From NCBI RefSeq assembly GCF_001194135.2, contig NC_068995.1, positions 17,408,413-17,448,723 on the forward strand: a DNA stretch of 40,311 nt. The letters run 5' to 3'. Numbering within the stretch: the first letter of the stretch is position 1; each line of letters opens with the position of its first letter. Under the pieces are notes generated by a model. The model worked only from the letters and a program-made list of their open reading frames with translations, had not been told where the DNA came from and did no database searches. Position numbers and translations under genes: made by a program. The DNA comes from Octopus bimaculoides (lineage: Eukaryota). Positions 11,883 to 21,229 of the stretch are shown in pieces.

Positions 11883-12190
11883 AGAACTCCTCCGGTAATG
11901 AATGACCATGTGATTGCACCTACAAAGTTCCCCTCCGATGCACAAGTATGGGCATGTTTGTTTACAGAAGACCATCAGTTGCTCATGCATACCAGTCTCT
12001 CCTCTCCATGCCATCGATATTATCCAAAGGAAAGGCAAAGGCCGATACTGCTTAGCACCAGTGACATTGCAACTCATTTCTACAGCTGAGTGAAGTGGAA
12101 CGACGTGAAATAAAGAGTCTTGCTCAAGAACACAACACACAGCTCGGTCCGAGAATCAAACTCACTATCTCATGAGCCTTGCACCTTCAC
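11883..12190 (-). mobile_element. tRNA-derived CORE/V-like SINE (family C)
   Basis: Minus strand: gtgaaggtgca...gtgagtttgattctcggaccgagc (degenerate B-box), tgtgttcttgagcaagactctttatttcacg..cactcagctgtagaaatgag (CORE/V-like central domain), 3' end ggtcattcat. Confidence 0.75.
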
Positions 12191-12695
12191 TTCACTCTCA
12201 AAAAATATTATATATACTCGAGTGACTGGGAACAAAAATCAAATATTTTGGTAAATGAGAAATCGAAGAACCTAAATTTTAAGTTATATGCTGAAATTTA
12301 CGTTTCATTCAGTATGTTAGACATTCATTGCTATATAACTTGTGTAAACACAGCTCACTCTCATATCTTTTCAACCGAAAGCTGTCTTATATTGTTTCTA
12401 ACGATTGTCCCTGGTGTTCTCATATATGGAACAACATTCTATTCCCGAGGTCAGCAATTGTACATCCTCTGCGACTTTAATAGATTTCAGAGAAATAACT
12501 TTGAATCAAATGGCACATCTAAGATTAGAATTTGTATCTGAAGTAACTTAAATAATGTAAACATAATCAATATGACATACCTAATGTATGCGCATAATTA
12601 AACGCCGTAGAAATGCATAATAAGACATCCTGAACGAAATAACTTTAAATATGCGTTGTGTTTAAAAATAGTGCATGCCTCACACTGGGCGAAAG

Positions 12696-12762
12696 GAAAT
12701 CGCCCTGCAAGTGAAAGAGAGCGACAGATATCGATATTTCACTTCAAGTAGGATAAATTAAT
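12696..12762 (+). repeat. Unexplained 67-bp motif, copy 1
   Basis: Ungapped alignment to 16927-16993 gives 58/67 identity; no similarity to the SINE consensus. Confidence 0.9.
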
Positions 12763-12765
12763 AAC

Positions 12766-12979
12766 GTGGCGAGCTGGTAGAATCGTTATCAATTTGGGCG
12801 AAATGCTTTGCGGTATTTCGCCTGCCACTACATTCTGAGTTCAAATTTCGCCGAGGTCGACTTTGCCTTTCATCCTTCCGGGGTCGATAAATTACGTATC
12901 TGTTGCGTAATGGGATCGATCTAATTGATTGGCACCCTCCCTTAAAATTTCGAGCATTGTTCCGAGAGTAGAAAAGAAT
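12766..12979 (+). mobile_element. SINE family A, copy 3 (full length)
   Basis: gtggcgagctggtagaatcg...attctgagttcaaatttcgccgaggtcgactttgcctttcatccttccggggtcgataaa...agtagaaaag. Confidence 0.92.
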
Positions 12980-12980
12980 A

Positions 12981-13151
12981 TCGTATTCGCCTGCCGCTAC
13001 GTTCTGAGTTCTAATTCCGCTGAAGTTGACTTTGCCTTTCATCATTTCGCGGGGCACTTATAAATAAGTTCCAGCTGAGTACTAGGTCGACGTAATCGAC
13101 TTAAGTCCTGCCTCGAAGTTGCTGGCCTTGAGCCAAAATTTGAAACCATTA
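12981..13151 (+). mobile_element. SINE family A, copy 4 (5'-truncated, in tandem with copy 3)
   Basis: gttctgagttctaattccgc...gtcgacgtaatcgac...gctggccttgagccaaaatttgaaacc. Confidence 0.88.
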
Positions 13152-13552
13152 GTACGTTGCACCAGGTAAGCCTTGATCGAGCTGACCCATGTTCACTGCA
13201 TCATTAAAATTTTACCTGGGATTATATTATCTAACATTTTATTCTCTCATCTCTACCGCACTCAATGATTTGAAGACGATATGTCAGCAACTTCCACCCA
13301 AGCGAATGACCATGTAAATGTTCCCTCCAGTAGTTTGTGTTGGCAATCTCGTTAAACAAGTGGAAACCACAGTTATATAAGTTAGAGAATTTATCCCAAT
13401 ATATAAAGTTACCTAAAAGTCACACACAGAATATATTCAACATGCCCAGGAATTTTCAAGTTATTCTTCATTCTTTTCTAAATTGAAAAAAAATAATAAA
13501 AAAATAATGATTAATAAACACATAATTATACACGCTGAAGTGGATGAATGAT

Positions 13553-13764
13553 AATACTTTCTACACAAGGCTTGAAATTTGGCGGGAGGGGGATTAATCG
13601 ATTACATCGTCTCCAGTGCTTCATTGGTACTTGATTCATCTACTCCGAATGGATTAAAGGCATAGTCGTCACCGGCGGCATTTGAACACATAATGTAAGG
13701 ACGGACGAAATGCCGCTAAGCATTTTGCCAAGCGTGCTAACGACTCTACCAGCGCGCTGCCTTA
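13553..13764 (-). mobile_element. SINE family A, copy 5
   Basis: Homologous along its whole length; minus-strand head aaggcagcgcgctggtagagtcgttagcacg. Confidence 0.88.
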
Positions 13765-13783
13765 TTAAGAACAATAATAATAA

Positions 13784-13986
13784 CCCTTTCTGCTATAGTT
13801 TGAACTTTTAGGGGTAGGGGCTAGTCGAGTACATCGACGACACCAGTGTGTCACTGGAACTTAATTTATCAACCCCCTGAAAGGATGGAATCCAAAGTCG
13901 TCCCTGGTGGAATTAGAACTCAAAATAAAAAAAGACGGACGAAATGCCGCTAAGCATTATTTTCAGCGTGCTAACGATTCTTCCAG
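13784..13986 (-). mobile_element. SINE family A, copy 6 (head clipped by ~9 nt)
   Basis: Homology to the other copies; tail ctatagcagaaagg followed by (ATT)n. Confidence 0.88.
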
Positions 13987-14069
13987 AAGAAGAAGAAGAA
14001 GAAGAAGAAGAAGAAGAAGAAGAAGAAGAAGAAGAAGAAGAACAACAACAACAACAACAATGATAATAA
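13987..14069 (+). repeat. (AAG)n(AAC)n(AAT) compound microsatellite between SINE copies 6 and 7
   Basis: Direct reading. Confidence 0.95.
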
Positions 14070-14284
14070 TTTCTATTATAAGCGCAAGGCCTGAAATTAA
14101 GGGGTGGGTGGTAAGGGGATAGTCGATTACATCGATCTCAGTACTCAGCAGGTGCTTAATTTATGGACCCCGAAAGGAGAAAGGTGGAGTTAACCTCAAT
14201 GGAGTATGAACTCAGAACGTAGCGAGGGGCGGAATACTACAAAGCATTTCGTCCAGCGTGCTAACAATTCTGCCAGCTCACCGC
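14070..14284 (-). mobile_element. SINE family A, copy 7
   Basis: Full-length homology; head gcggtgagctggcagaattgttagcacg. Confidence 0.9.
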
Positions 14285-14321
<37 letters not shown>

Positions 14322-14345
14322 GTAGTAGTAGTAGTAGTAGTAGTA
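14285..14345 (+). repeat. (AAT)n(AGT)n microsatellite
   Basis: Direct reading. Confidence 0.95.
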
Positions 14346-14682
14346 TAAGGAATAGCGCCAGCCTTGACACCGGCTGGACATTATTCTTCGCTGTTCTGAC
14401 CATTCATCAGCTGAAGACACAGCAACACTAATACAACCCAGCAGGACAACTGAAAAATAACTCTCACAGACTGGAATATCTACAATTTCCTGTAAAAATT
14501 TCACCCTCCTTCTCTTTCTTTCCGTCCTCCTGAACAATCGAAAATGTNNNNNNNNNNNNNNNNNNNNNNNNNNNNNNNNNNNNNNNNNNNNNNNNNNNNN
14601 NNNNNNNNNNNNNNNNNNNNNNNNNNNNNNNNNNNNNNNNNNNNNNNNNNNNNNNNNNNNNNNNNNNNNNNNNNNNNNNNNN

Positions 14683-14758
14683 TGCCTGTAGAGCTTGTCT
14701 CGAACCGGTAGCGAACTCCGTTGCACTACCAAACCAAGGATATCTGGAAATTATCTAT
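14683..14758 (-). mobile_element. Second Tx1/L1-like fragment (same family as 2009-2833), next to gap N 14548-14682
   Basis: Translates with a frameshift to DNFQISLVW*C..SLPVRDKLYR, matching DNFQRSLAWQCYRGALPVRDKLYR at ~2170-2240. Confidence 0.85.
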
Positions 14759-15145
14759 GATAGTTCCCCATCGGGAAGTCTTAATGTTTCTCTAAACAAA
14801 ACGGAGAAACTTTCAAAATACAAAGATCTGGAAAAAGAGGTAACTCGAATGTGGAGCGTAAAAGCAGAAAGAATTCCTATTATATCAGGTGCATTAGGTT
14901 TGATAAAAACATTCGGGCAAATACATAACATAAGCACCAAGACTTAAAAGTGTATACAACATACAAAAAAAAAAAAAAAACCCACAAATACATACTGCAC
15001 TCAACTTACGGGAAATACTTTCCATATAGTGAAAATAAGTAGACCACAACAAACCACAGCACATATCCAAGGTACACAGAGCTGCGATCGGTAATGCAGG
15101 GAAAGCACGTGATGAAAATAAGACTACTGAATAATAATAATAATA
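14759..15145 (+). mobile_element. R4-clade LINE 3' fragment (endonuclease C-terminus, 3' UTR, (AAT)n tail)
   Basis: NVSLNKTEKLSKYKDLEKEVTRMWSVKAERIPIISGALGLIK is the typical RLE C-terminus; (AAT)n tail at 15130-15145. Confidence 0.88.
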
Positions 15146-15149
15146 GTGA

Positions 15150-15313
15150 TGCTTTCAAATTTTGCCACAACAAGGGTACTTATTTTATTTACCACTAAAG
15201 GATGGAAGAAAAAGTCTACGTCGGCGGAATTTGAACTCAGAATGTACCGATGGATGAAATACCGCAAAGCATTTCGTTCAGCACGCTAACATATCTACCA
15301 GTTCCTCGCCTTA
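15150..15313 (-). mobile_element. SINE family A, copy 8 (internal deletion)
   Basis: gtcggcggaatttgaactcagaa and ctcgcctta terminus on the plus strand. Confidence 0.85.
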
Positions 15314-16110
15314 TTAACAACACCAACAACAACAACGCAATTTAAATAAAATGTCGAATGTTTGGGTGTGTGTTGTTTGTCCCACCCTGTATTATATATA
15401 CTATCATTTAGAAGAACGTCCGCAACATAGAGTATGTAGGCCCAATGGTTTAAACAGCTGAATTAAATCATGACATTTTTGGAACATACACTTCACCCTT
15501 CAGAACGGCATATATGCTACACAATCACACATCTCATCAGCCTATCCAAACTTAATCAACAGATATCTCTCGTTTTCCTGACAATCAATATATAGCTGTT
15601 TCTTGTCCATAATTTCAGTCATATCTTGAGTAGAAATAAACAGACAAAACAAAATTATTGTTCCTCAGGGAATCAGAGTTAATATAGTATTAGAATTACT
15701 GATGCACACTCACAGAAATATTTAATTTCAGGTATCTTAAATAATATATTGTAAACCATAGTAAAATATAACAGGTAAGTACCGGAATACTTGTAGTAAT
15801 CTGGAGGCAAGCGCAATGAGCATCATGTTTTCAGTTTCGAGTTGAATTTCTTTAAATTGAATTCCATTTAAATACTGTGTATAATGACACAGACATAACA
15901 AAGTGGTTATGAAATTTGCTTTGCAAACACGAAGGTCCGACATTGATATTTTGCAGCTGGAACTTTGTGAACCAATAACAGATGACTAAAATTTTATAGG
16001 CAGACACTGCATTGAAGAGAGTTCATAACTGTGTATGTATGTGTATTTCTACGTGTGAAGTGTAGCGTGTGACTATACTTTGTGTGCTCGTGCGCTCGTA
16101 TTTGTGGATA

Positions 16111-16120
16111 CGTACATACG

Positions 16121-16152
<32 letters not shown>

Positions 16153-16154
16153 TA
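16111..16154 (+). repeat. (TACA)n(TA)n microsatellite
   Basis: Direct reading. Confidence 0.95.
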
Positions 16155-16277
16155 TGGACCCCGAAAGAAGAAAGGTGGAGTTGACCTCAATGGAGTGTGA
16201 ACGCAGAACGTAGCGACGGGCGGAATACTACAAAGCATTTCGTCCAGCGTGCTAACAATTCTGCCAGCTCACCGCAA
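16153..16277 (-). mobile_element. SINE family A, copy 9 (5' half; 96% identical to copy 7)
   Basis: 120/125 identity to 14162-14286. Confidence 0.92.
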
Positions 16278-16289
16278 CAATAATAATAT

Positions 16290-16340
<51 letters not shown>

Positions 16341-16503
16341 CACTGCTGCTGCTGCTGCTGCTGCTGCTACTACTACTACTACTACTACTACTGCNNNNNN
16401 NNNNNNNNNNNNNNNNNNNNNNNNNNNNNNNNNNNNNNNNNNNNNNNNNNNNNNNNNNNNNNNNNNNNNNNNNNNNNNNNNNNNNNNNNNNNNNNNNNNN
16501 NNN

Positions 16504-16542
<39 letters not shown>
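16278..16542 (+). repeat. (AAT)(TAC)n(TGC)n(TAC)n microsatellite, gap N 16395-16503, then (TA)n
   Basis: Direct reading. Confidence 0.95.
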
Positions 16543-16545
<3 letters not shown>

Positions 16546-16926
16546 GATAATACATACATATATATAACAAGTAAAAGAGTAAAGAGAGTATATATATAAA
16601 AGTACAACTGCAACAACAACAGTTACACTAACTTCAGCAGTATTTTGGCATCGTTTCAGCCTATACATACATCGGTTGGCATACACATAAGTTTGAAATT
16701 AAATTTACCTATCTATGGAGACTACTAATGATCTATGAACCATGAAGAATAATAACTTCCCCTTTCTCAACTGCTTTCAGCTAGTGTCTCTTACTTCATC
16801 TGTATTAACATTTTTACTTCCCTTGTATTGTAAATGGTATGCCGTTAACAGATTCTTAATTACTCCACACAGTAAACATTCGATTAAAAGCAAAATATTA
16901 AGGTTTTCATAATTGGAACAAGAAAC

Positions 16927-16993
16927 GAAATCGCTGTGCAAGTGAAAGAGACTGATAGATAACGATATTTCGCTTGAAGTAGGATAAACTAAT
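16927..16993 (+). repeat. Unexplained 67-bp motif, copy 2
   Basis: 58/67 identity to 12696-12762. Confidence 0.9.
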
Positions 16994-17024
16994 GCGTAGT
17001 AGTTAATGTTATTACTTTACTCAA

Positions 17025-17248
17025 GGCGGCGAGCTGGCAGAATCATTAGCACGCCGAGCAAAATGCTTATCGGCATTTCGTCCGTCTTTACGTTCTGAGT
17101 TCAAATTACGCCGAGGTCGACAATGTATTTTATCCTTTGTGGGGGGGGGGAGCGTCTATAAAATTAGTGCCAACTGAGTACTAAGGTCGATGTAATCGAC
17201 TAGTCTCCTCACCCCAAATTTCAGGCCTTGTGCCTTTAGTAGAAAGGT
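17025..17248 (+). mobile_element. SINE family A, copy 10, full length, with a perfect 16-bp target-site duplication
   Basis: Head ggcggcgagctggcagaatc; B-box-like gttctgagttcaaattac; TTATTACTTTACTCAA at 17009-17024 and 17249-17264. Confidence 0.95.
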
Positions 17249-17266
17249 TTATTACTTTACTCAACA

Positions 17267-17370
17267 AGGCAGTGAGCAGGCAGAATTGTTAGCAGAACAG
17301 GTAGAACGCTTATCGGCCTTTTCTCTGCCTTTATGTTCTGATTTCAAGTTCCGCCTTAGTCGGTATTGTA
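17267..17370 (+). mobile_element. SINE family A, copy 11 (older, 3'-truncated)
   Basis: aaggcagtgagcaggcagaattgttagca...gttctgatttcaagttccgcc. Confidence 0.82.
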
Positions 17371-18130
17371 ATAATTTCCGTTGAACAACGGGTTCCAAGT
17401 ATTCGACTTACCCCTCATGAAGTTCAAATAAATATGTAAAGCTACAGGATATAACTCACTCCTGAAGTGATCCATTATATTAAAGACAAAAGTAACAGAA
17501 TTGAATAGAATTGATACTTACCAAGATGATCCTCACTCTTGCGATAAATAAAACAACCAATGAAAGACCAGTTTACGTTCATTCTAAAATTTTAACCAAA
17601 GAAATGCAATAATCACTTATAAGATGCATAACGTCAGTTGTGAGCGGTCACAGATTCGGTGCTCTGCAGTTCATCGATATACGAAGAAGAAACAGGTGGA
17701 AAAACACATCACTTACAATAGCTAGAATTAATTAACTTCAGCATAACTTAAACATGGACTGTGAAATGCTTGCAACATCTAAAATTACAGTTACTTCAGC
17801 AGACATGAAAATACATTATTTATCTGTTTGTAAATACGTAAATTTAATTTACTTACTTCACTATTTACACAACTAGTATACTATGAATAATGATCTAAAC
17901 CACCTTCTTCTTTATCAAATATTTACGTCAAATATTATGTTTTACCTCTCTCTGTTGTAAAGTCATTATTTTGTCTTTGATGTAAATAATATAACTTAAT
18001 AAACAGGCTATTCATTACCTCATACTGAAGAGATGTATTTAAAATCGAAATTGCGAGTTCGACCTACAAATATTAAGGTATTAAGAATTGAAGCATATCA
18101 AAGAAACACAGTAAACATATATAACTATAA

Positions 18131-18400
18131 ATTGGGTTGGCAAAAAAGTAATTTCGTTTTTCGCTTATAGAAAGACTTACGATTTTTCGATTGACTTTTG
18201 TCAAGGTTATGATTTTTTCCTTTTGACATTTGATAGCCGTTACTTTTAGTTTACTTTAGAAGTAAATTGCTCGTAATTTTGTTCACAGCTGTTAGTTCAG
18301 TGTCAGTTTGAAAATGGAGTGCAAAAAGGAAGATTTCCGCTATACTTTGCTCTTTAATTTCTGTAAAGGCAAGAAAGCTGCTGAGGCTCACAAATAGATA
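18131..18400 (+). mobile_element. Mariner (Tc1/mariner) 5' fragment: left TIR plus transposase N-terminus
   Basis: TIR attgggttggcaaaaaagtaatttcgttttt (cf. the Hsmar1/mellifera-type TTAGGTTGGTGCAAAAGTAATTGCGGTTT). ATG at 18314 gives MECKKEDFRYTLLFNFCKGKKAAEAHK*, like the mariner N-terminal HTH (..HFRH.LLF.F.KGK.A..A). Confidence 0.85.
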
Positions 18401-18408
18401 TTCCTTTA

Positions 18409-18700
18409 TATTTTTTACTTGTTTCAGTCATTTGAATGCGGCCATGCTGGGGCACCGCCTTTAGACGAGCAAATCGACCCCAGACCTTATCCATTGTAAG
18501 CCTAGCACTTATTCTATCGGCTTCTTTTGCCGAACTGCTAGATTACGGGTATGTAAACACACCAGCATCGGTTGTAAAGCAATGGTGGGGGACAAACACA
18601 AACATATACACACACATACATATGTATACACATATACGACGGGCTTCTTTCAGTTTCCATCTACCAAATTCACTCACAAGGCTTTGGTCAGCCCGCGGCG
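18409..18700 (-). mobile_element. SINE family B (OR2-like CORE-SINE candidate), head missing
   Basis: ttttacttgtttcagtcatttga..gcggccatgctgg..caccgcc...gacgggcttctttcagtttcc.tctaccaaa.tcactcacaaggctttggtc; homologous to 33421-33775 and 26705-26835. The family name is from recall. Confidence 0.8.
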
Positions 18701-18821
18701 TCCTCGTCAGATGGCCGCATAGACTTCAGACATAAATGATAATTTATTTGTTAACAAATTTATTTTTAAAAAATGGCTTATCCTTTATGCTTGAAGTCTA
18801 TGCGGTCATCTGACGAGAACG
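18699..18821. repeat. 123-nt foldback: 38-bp inverted repeats around a 47-nt AT-rich spacer (MITE-like)
   Basis: 18699-18736 vs the reverse complement of 18784-18821: 34/38 identity. Confidence 0.92.
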
Positions 18822-19169
18822 TTTTGTTTTGAATTGAAGCGATGTTTAAATGGAACCGATTGAAATGACCGTAACGATTTGACACCTATACATCTTTTCT
18901 ACTTATTTATATTCTGTTCACCTCACTTGGAATGTACACTTCGGAAATACTACAGAAAGTGCCTTTATAAGAAGTACATGTGTGAATTACCAAGAGCGAA
19001 TATCTTCACTTAGCTTGGCGGATTTGTCTGCATGCATGACAGGAATATTAGTTACAAATACCTCCATAAAGAGTCCTGATATTGAAAATTTGAAATGATA
19101 TATTGAGGTCTACAGGTTATATCGAACTAGCAAGGTGCCTCAATTTAAGTACCTAATTCAAATTAATCT

Positions 19170-19173
<4 letters not shown>

Positions 19174-19238
<65 letters not shown>

Positions 19239-19450
19239 ATGCATGTATATATATATGTATTTATACGACTATGCACACATATATAAATATATAAGTGCTG
19301 GGATAGTGAGACAGATAGAAAAAAGAAAGAGCGTGCGTGACNNNNNNNNNNNNNNNNNNNNNNNNNNNNNNNNNNNNNNNNNNNNNNNNNNNNNNNNNNN
19401 NNNNNNNNNNNNNNNNNNNNNNNNNNNNNNNNNNNNNNNNNNNNNNNNNN

Positions 19451-19499
<49 letters not shown>
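19174..19499 (+). repeat. (TA)n(TG)n tract, gap N 19342-19450, (AG)n tract
   Basis: Direct reading. Confidence 0.9.
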
Positions 19500-20657
19500 C
19501 TGATTTGCTGAAATCATTGCAATCGTGTATGGATTTCATTAAAGGGCTGAGAACAGTCTTTAATGTTCCGCAAACATCCTGCTCATAAACATAGAATACA
19601 TGACAAAACAGAAAGTTATTTATCGCATTAATATAACAAATACCAGTGATGGACTGGCATACAATTTTATCAACTGTTATCTACCCAAATTATTTTTCGT
19701 TGTGTCTATAATAATAATCATTCATAGAGCCATGGTATAGTACGCTATTTTACGAATGTAAACGCAGAGTAAATAATAAGTGAGTCCCATTTAGCCTGCA
19801 TTTTCTATATTGCGTCAATAAATATTTTAAAAGAGATTACACTATTTTCATTGGTAATTTCAGCCGTTTTAAACTGGGGAGTGTTTTCAGGAGAAACACA
19901 AACTCGGCAAGCTGTAGCACTTCAGAACAGGAAAGATATATCATGATGTTAATCAATCATTATATTAGGTTATCTTATCACAATTTTTCAGCAGAAATTT
20001 CCAGAGTGTACCCTCGGGTAAACTTAAAACTAAATTCATCTTCGAATGTGAAAATAATGTTTCCTCGTTAATGGCAGCACATGAACTAATCTTTACAAAT
20101 AAGTATTTAATAACGTAGATGAGCCTTGCAGTTTGGTCGTCTGCTTCCGATGAGCCGAATTTTCGATTGATATTCCAGTCTCAGTTGTGCTATTTAACTT
20201 CACTAAAGTCTACTATTTGCTATTTCATGGTGTATTCAATTGTCTAGAAGTGTATTAACTCCAACAGAACGAATTTGTTTCCGATATATAACTGAAAGCA
20301 CAAATATTGACGATGACCAAAAGACTCGATAGCTCAATAGGGCGAAGGGAAAAAGCTGTTATAATAAACAAAAATTGAATTCATCAAACTATGTGTTATA
20401 TACACCCATACATACATACATACATACACACACACATATGCATATAAATAGGATAACGTATTCATTGATATTCATGTGAATAGGGTTTTTTTATGAAACA
20501 TTGCCACAGTAATAATAAAACTACAGTTACTGGCAATTGATCNNNNNNNNNNNNNNNNNNNNNNNNNNNNNNNNNNNNNNNNNNNNNNNNNNNNNNNNNN
20601 NNNNNNNNNNNNNNNNNNNNNNNNNNNNNNNNNNNNNNNNNNATATATATATATATA

Positions 20658-20689
<32 letters not shown>

Positions 20690-20805
20690 CAATAACAATA
20701 GTACATATATATACAATAGCAATAATTCTAGGATGAAATTTATAAATATTTAATACATTGTTAAGTACGTTTCCAGAAATTACATAATTTTCACATTAAA
20801 GTTGG

Positions 20806-21069
20806 TATCCTTGGGATTAGTACAGTATAGTCCATATTATCCATGGGCCTACGGGTGACCGTCCTCATTGATCCTTGTCACCAGGCGATATACTGCATTA
20901 GTGGATGAATCACAGAGGGATATTTGTCCCTTCATGTTTGCAAGAAGAGATAAACATCCCTCTCTGATTCATTCACTAATGCAGTATCACCTGAATAAAT
21001 GAATCAATGGTGATGGCCCACCGTATGCCCACGGATAATACGGACTATACTGCACTAATCTCAAGCATA
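20806..21069. repeat. ~260-nt near-complete palindrome (foldback MITE-like), ~125-bp arms, ~10-nt loop
   Basis: 20810-20933 aligns to the reverse complement of 20944-21065 at roughly 80-85% by eye (e.g. gattagtacagtatagtcc / ggactatactgcactaatc; atactgcattagtggatgaatcacagaggga / tccctctctgattcattcactaatgcagtat). Confidence 0.93.
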
Positions 21070-21229
21070 GCAGCATTCATGTGAAAAACATGTGATTTTT
21101 GTGAACGTGCGTAGCGATGCATTTAATATTTAAGAATTCCATTCTAGAATTATTGTTATTATTATATGTATCCTACATTATATCGGTATAACCATGATGC
21201 AACCTCAAACAACTGACTCACTGGTCAGT

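Noticed and set aside
14346-14547. GC-richer segment before the gap as the 3' continuation of the Tx1-like element or as an exon
   Set aside because: No recognisable protein motif in any frame and no convincing splice-bounded ORF; left unassigned.
8540-17370. Repeated SINEs or the 14-bp repeat at 28911 as a CRISPR-like array
   Set aside because: Eukaryotic context, irregular spacing, ~200-bp diverged units, no unique spacers and no cas genes.
4850-17370. R4 elements as the partner LINE of SINE family A
   Set aside because: R4 tails are (AAT)n on the sense strand while the SINE tails are (ATT)n, and I see no shared 3' sequence.
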